Assembly (NCBI RefSeq): GCF_001194135.2
Contig: NC_068982.1
Coordinates: forward strand, 154,396,221-154,457,117
Source: Octopus bimaculoides
Taxonomy: Eukaryota
Direction: 5' to 3'
DNA length: 60,897 nucleotides
The number at the start of each line of letters is the position of its first letter. The stretch's first letter is position 1. A program made the translations under genes and the position numbers. Below are positions 54,964 through 60,897 of the stretch, piece by piece. Below the pieces are notes generated by a model, which searched no databases, was not told the origin of the DNA, and saw only the letters and a program-made list of their open reading frames with translations.

Positions 54964-55350
54964 GGTGGAGGCGCAATGGCCCAGTGGTTAGGGCAACGGA
55001 CTCGCGGTCGTAGGATCGCGATTTCGATTCCCAGACTGGGCGTTGTGAGTGTTTATTGAGCGAAAACGCCTAAAGCTTCACGAGGCTCCGGCAGGGGTGG
55101 TGGCGAACCCTGCTGTACTCTTTCACCACAACTTTCTGTCACTCTTACTTCCTGTTTCTGTTGTGCCTGTAATTCAAAGGGTCAGCCTTGTCACATTGTG
55201 TCAAGCTGAATATCCCCGAGAACTACGTTAAGGGTACACGTGTCTGTGGAGTGCTCAGCCACTTGCATGTTAATTTCACGAACAGGCTGTTCCGTTGATC
55301 GGATCAACTGGAACCCTCGACGTCGTATGCGACGGAGTGCCAACAACAAC
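54964..55350 (+). mobile_element. Full-length tRNA-derived SINE, family 3, with 11-bp TSD
   Basis: Head ggaggcgcaatggcccagtggttagggc...ttcgattcccag has A/B-box-like motifs. Tail gacggagtgccaacaacaac. TSD attattcctag at 54953-54963 and 55351-55361. Confidence 0.85.
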
Positions 55351-55716
55351 ATTATTCCTAGTGGTGGGTGATGGAGAGCTAGAAGAATTGCTAGCGCATT
55401 TGTTCTGGCTTTTTACGTTCTTTGTTCAAATCCCGCAGACGTCAGCTATAACTGTCCTCACCATCTCCTGAGATCGATGGTATCGACTGACGCTACCCAC
55501 CTACCTTATTTCAGGCCTCGTACCTGTTTTAGAAACAATAAGACAGCGAGCTGGCAGAATTGTTATAACTTCGGAAAAAATACTTTGTAGTACTTGTTTC
55601 GGCTCAAATCTTGCCAGGATCAACTTTGCTTTTCATTCTTTCGAGATGGATAAAATAAAGTAGTAGTACAATACTAAGTCTTTTGGTATCGACTAACCCT
55701 CTCCCTCAAAAATGCC

Positions 55717-56284
55717 GGATCTTTTTTAAAACGGGGGCCACATTTTTCATTAACGAAACACTTTGAAACTTGGAACACTGGTAGAATGTGTCATATAAAA
55801 CATCTTTTTCTCTTAATCTTCTTAAAAAAAAAAGAAATCCATAAATTATTCCATGTTAAAGTTGTCGTATTTCTGTAATTTCAACCAATCACTGACGTCC
55901 ATTCAGCCGATATACATTAAGTGCCGACTACATAAACAAACGATTCTGAAACAATTAACTCTAACCCTAACCTTAGGGTTAGGGTTAGGGTTAAAGCAAA
56001 TTTAAAATGAAAAAAGCAAATAAAACGAAGGTATGGAGATTAAATACGCTTTACATCGCTTAATCAGCCAAAGGAGTAAATCTAAACAACTGAATACTTG
56101 TCAGTGATTGGTTGAAATTATCGAAATAAGACAATTTTTTACATGAAATAAATTCGAATACAAAAATATTTTTCTGTTCTATAACACAAAATAGATAAGT
56201 ATACGAAGTTTGAAAGTCTTTCGGTACCAAAAACACTACGTAAAACATTAATGAAAAATGTGGCCCCCGTTTTAAAAAAGATCC
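55717..56284. mobile_element. Non-autonomous TIR DNA element B (GGATCT...AGATCC), 8-bp TSD, telomere-repeat core, inserted in a family 1 SINE tail
   Basis: TIR ggatcttttttaaaacgggggccacatttttcattaa and ttaatgaaaaatgtggcccccgttttaaaaaagatcc. TSD aaaatgcc at 55709-55716 and 56285-56292. Shares tttgaaactt.gaa.actggtagaat and ttgtcgtattt...aatttcaaccaatca with element A. Confidence 0.85.
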
Positions 56285-56699
56285 AAAATGCCTAAATCGG
56301 AAACAATTATCATTGTTCGTGGTGTTGTTTTTATTACTGTTTCTGCTAGTGAGGTTTTTTTTAGCGGGTAGGAGTTGCTATTGTTGTTACGATCGCCCAA
56401 AGAAAATGTATGTTGCAATTTTTTTACCTCCTTTCGACAAGTTCTCGCCCTTTACCTGAATAAATGACAACAGCCACTTACAATTTATATTTTGCACCTC
56501 ATATATAAAAGGCTTACAACACCAACTTTTATTGTGTCAATTTCCACACTTCAGAGGTTTCCCATTAAAAAAGAATAAATGAAACTAAAAGTGATTTCCT
56601 GTTTTATTGCTAGCTTCTGGGCACAGCGGTAAATTTAACTTGGGTGTGCCTAGATTTAATTCCCATAGCTTATATGTTGAAATCCTTTCTACTGGAAGT

Positions 56700-56899
56700 A
56701 CAAGGTCTCACATTTGGGGGAGGGTATTAAGTCGATTATATCGACCCCAGTGCGTAACTGGCACGTAGTTAATCGACCCCGAAAGGATGAACAGAAAAGT
56801 CAACCCCGGCGGAATTTGAACTCTGAACGTAGCGACGGGCGAAATACCGCTAAGCATTTCGTCCTGCGTGCTAACGACTCTGCCAGCGCACCGCCTTTT
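56700..56899 (-). mobile_element. SINE family 1, well preserved
   Basis: aagtcgattatatcgaccccagtgcgtaactgg...ggcggaatttgaactctgaacgtagcgacgggcgaaataccgctaagcatttcg...ctgccagcgcaccgcctttt. Confidence 0.85.
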
Positions 56900-57730
56900 G
56901 TATGTTGAAATCGCCGGTAAAAATATAGAAATGCTCACATTGTCGGTAACAGTAGTCGCAACAGTAACATAAACAGCTTCAACAGTGACCACAACAGGAG
57001 ATTGCTGATTGCATGTAGAAGTGGTAGCCACAGTAGTAGCAGGCAGAGAAATATGGAACTTTAGTAGGCCTGTCGAATGACAGAAAATACTCAATATGAT
57101 CAGCAGAGATCGTGTAAAAAGAATACCTATCCAGAGAGACAGAAGGGATCAAGCTAACACGAGATTGTAACCCCCAATATATTCGTTTGGTTGCATCAGA
57201 AAAAAAAATCTTTTTAGCTCGAAACTTTGGATTTTTCTTCTTTTCTCATAACTATATTACTAATTGCCGACAGAGAGCAGAACTAGTTTCCCAAGATGCT
57301 GCAGTTTAATTTGCAAACACAAATGATGGTTGAGAGAAAAGAGAAAACTATAGCATCCTATGATTTTTTTCATCGAATTAACTTGGAGAAAAATCTGAAC
57401 TCTAGTACGTGAAATGGTTCACTAATATTTAAGTTTCAGTTTCATGTACGTGTAAAAATACTAAATTTGGAAGGATTAATGTGTATGAAATAATTTAGCG
57501 TGCAACCTCATTCCCACGCACATCAGAATATATCGTGCTTTTCCATTGTTATAAGAGGATGACCCTGCCTAGCAGATTAACCATTCTAAATTCACACCCA
57601 ACCAGCTTTAAAAAATAAAGACATAGTTGATAAAGAGCCTCTGGGGCTAAATAACGACAACAGATGTGTTGCTAGTAGAAACAATTGGGGTTTCTTTCGA
57701 GTAGACATTTTTCAAGATAAATAGCTTCTA

Positions 57731-57835
<105 letters not shown>

Positions 57836-57876
57836 CACTCACATATTTCTTACCTTTCCCTGTCTCTTTTTTTCTG

Positions 57877-57913
57877 TTTACCCCAACCATGGTAGATCCA
57901 TGGTTGGGGTAAA
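57877..57913. repeat. Perfect 16-bp-stem hairpin, 5-nt loop
   Basis: tttaccccaaccatgg tagat ccatggttggggtaaa. Confidence 0.9.
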
Positions 57914-58099
57914 ATATACATGGCTTGGTGGAGCTGTGCAAATATACATGGCTTGGTGGAGTTATGGAAACAGACATCTGCCAAAAAATGCCATGAAACA
58001 CACCCTATATATCACAGTTGTTACTAAGACGATGATGCTTTTATAAGATCGTATCGGTTTGAAGGGACAATGCTCATGACATTCAAGGGATCTTCGTGT

Positions 58100-58900
58100 T
58101 AAAGTTGGTGTTCAATTTGAGCATTTGTATGTCGACGTTTGAAGGAAAAACATGCGCAGAGAAGGAATGTTATATGACTGATAAATGGAGAAAAGTTTGG
58201 GCGTGATGGTTAGTGGTGGGCCTGAATCATGAAAAGACGTGCGGATGATAAGTTTGAGAAATAATAATGTTTTGGGTAGGTTTGGGTGGATGTGGTATGT
58301 AAGTAGATGGTTAGGAGGAGCAGAGGTCATTGTAGTAGCGATAGATTCAGTATAAAGAAAGTACATCTGTTAGAGAGATACTGTAGTGTCTTGGGGAGTG
58401 AGTCTAATAATTATTAGTATGGCCATTTGAATTTGAGCTTGGATGCGTTTGAGCATAGGAGCAGAAATGCTCTAGATACGGGTCAGTAATCCAATGATGA
58501 TCTTACCTCTGCTTTGCAGAGGGTCAGTAATGACCATGGCAGACATAATTTCTGGCCATAACAACAAAAACTAATCTTTCATATGTTGTTTTAACTGTGG
58601 AGTCACCAGGAAAGAACACCAGATATTTTGAAGTGATTTTAAGAGTCTTAATTGTGTTTTGTCTAAGATTAGAGAGTGTGAGGCATGTATCTCTGAGTGA
58701 TTGTGTACTTTGTTCTGTTGAAAGTGACAAAATTATCATGAATTTATTAGAGAATGGTTTGAAAATCACTGCTCAGGGAAGGAGTACAGGTTTCATTTTA
58801 GATGTCATGGTTTCATATAGATGATGCTTGTATGTAGAGGGTTATAAGAAGCGATAAAGAATATAATTTGTAGAGGAGTGGGTGTTGTGATAAATTGCTA
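58100..58900 (-). pseudogene. Decayed 3' end of a CR1/L2-group (Daphne/Crack/Jockey-like) LINE ORF2
   Basis: Minus-strand pieces KAEVRSSLDY, LKRIQ, IYRYYNDLCSS and HVFPSNVDIQMLKLNTN resemble the recalled YKAQVRPxxEY...DRIQ...FYRYYxGxCSxEL...LPxxVFPxxYDLQxFKxxVN C-terminus. Many stops; the 5' boundary is approximate. Confidence 0.6.
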
Positions 58901-59120
58901 AAGATTGTTAGATTATTGTTAAGTATGCATGCACTCGCTCTTCTTATTTTGTTTCATTCAGCTCGCCTTGATCCAACAGTGTGGCAGTTTTGCTCTCGAA
59001 AGTACTAGAATTTGAACTAAAGACGATTCATCTAAACCTGGTCTAGACGAATAAGTACCAGTTGAATCATGGGATCAATCTAATCCACCAAATTGCTGGC
59101 CTTGTACCAAAACATGAAAC

Positions 59121-59229
<109 letters not shown>

Positions 59230-60731
59230 AGTCCTTTGCCGCTACGTTCTGAGTTCAAATTCTGCCGAGGTCGACTCTGCCTTTCATCATTTCGAGTCGA
59301 TAAAAATGAGTACCAGTCAAGCACTGAAGTCAAAGTAATTGACTAGCCCCCACCACCACCACCACCACTACCACGCGGCAGCCGCGGTGGTGGTAGTAGT
59401 AGTGGCAGCGGCGGCGTTGGTGGTGGTGGTGGTGGTGGTGGTAGCAGCAGCAGCGCTTTGCATGAAAGTCTTTAAACTGTCAAAATATATTTTCAAAATG
59501 ACTGATTAAATTGTTGTTCTTATTGTATTTAGTCTTTTTCTGTCGTGGCATGTTGCTTCATTGCCGTAGTTACTATCATCGTTATAATCGTAGTCGTCGT
59601 AGTTGTGGTATTCGTTGTTGTTTGTAAAGAATTCTATATAATAGACAGTTGTAGAACCTTTGTGTCAAGTCAAAGGAAACTAATATATTATTCAGGTAGA
59701 ATGTCGGATATAATTTTATTTTATGAATATCAACAAACGATAAGAATACGAAGAGCAGCAACTACGACAAGAACAAAAACAAAAACAATAAACAGAGTCA
59801 AATCATGTGCTTTAAACTGAAAGTAAATATTTTATGACTCAAAGAAGGAACAGGTACATTTTCTCATTCTTGTATAGACATTTTTTCCATTAATCCATTA
59901 ATAAAAGATTATGGGGTTGGAAATCGTGGAAAATTTCGGTTATGACAATAATACATTCAAGTGGTGAAGAACATCACCAAGTAGGTTGTTGCTTTTGTTA
60001 TTTTTGTTGCTATTGCTACTGCTGCTGTTGCCGCCGCCGCCGCTGCTGCTGCTGCTGCTGCTGTTGCTGTTGTAGTTGTTGTTTAACCGCCAATTAACCT
60101 TTGTCAAGAGAAAAGATAACCAAAGATGTTCGAACATTGGTCGTCTGTGTTATTTCTCGAAAAAAGTTTTAGCGTTTTAGCTAAAAGTCAAAAAAGCGGA
60201 GTCTGCAACTCTTTGCATGATCGCCACGACAGGTACAGAAAAAAAGAGAAAGTTCTCAAAGAATCCGAAACTTGGGCCAAAAGCCAACGACAGAGTGAGT
60301 TCCATTAAATGCACCCTACTATTTACCTGAGACTGCATTGCTCAATGTGTTGTTAAAGACAGTAGGGTGAAAGGGAGATTTAGATGTTAATTTTATCAGA
60401 ACGCTCTGTCATCTAGAGGCTTCAGGATTGGCTTATATTCGATCATTTGGAGAGTGAAGTGTGAGTAGAAAAATATTAGCTGACATGTGTGTGTATTTTT
60501 CTGCTATGTGTTTCTCAGTTGAAGGCCAGTCAATTTGAGAAAGAGGTCAACACCACGGCGTATTAGGCATTAGACTAGTTAATATTTCTCTTCTGTTAGA
60601 AATTTACCATGTAACTTAGCCTCGTTGTGAATGGAACTTGATAAACGGAAACCACACACACACACACACACAAATATACATGTGTGTGTACGTATGATTA
60701 CACACATACACATACATACATACATACATAC

Positions 60732-60770
<39 letters not shown>

Positions 60771-60897
60771 TTATTTAAAAGCAGCAGAAATATAACAAAA
60801 AAACCGTTACTCTGAGTTTCACGTTCCCGTTCATCAGACAGTTTTGTTAGAAAAATCATGTGCTTACTCCGGTATATATATATATATATATATATAT

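Noticed and set aside
54967-55040. tRNA gene (GGCGCAATGG, tRNA-Arg-like A box)
   Set aside because: No closing acceptor stem or T-rich terminator; it continues into a SINE body with a TSD.
55955-55994. Chromosome-end or telomere-fusion site
   Set aside because: Only a few units, in the wrong order for a fusion, and inside a TIR element.
57912-57961. CRISPR-like direct repeats
   Set aside because: Only two units with a 6-bp spacer, in a eukaryotic context with no cas genes.
60126-60137. Both strands start ORFs with MFEH
   Set aside because: Caused by a chance 12-bp palindrome, atgttcgaacat.

Overview
AT-rich, microsatellite-dense eukaryotic DNA with many N gaps. The repeat content looks like an Octopus-type coleoid cephalopod genome, which is an inference from recalled SINE sequences. 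Nearly all ORFs in the supplied track are microsatellite or gap artefacts. One spliced protein-coding gene is well supported: a small + strand helix-loop-helix (HLH) protein with exons 42672-42851 and 44743-44818, plus a probable last exon 53009-53118 (about 121 aa). It lacks the bHLH basic DNA-contact residues, like Id/Emc, but has an intron inside the HLH loop, so it may be a divergent or orphan dominant-negative HLH. The rest is a transposon graveyard: at least three tRNA-derived SINE families, pogo/Tigger-like and hAT-like MITEs, two related GGATC-ended long-TIR elements with 8-bp TSDs (both inserted inside SINEs, one with a telomere-repeat core), decayed CR1/L2-group, RLE-type and Penelope-like fragments, and several hairpins. 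No rRNA, genuine tRNA or CRISPR feature was found. All alignments and translations were done by eye.
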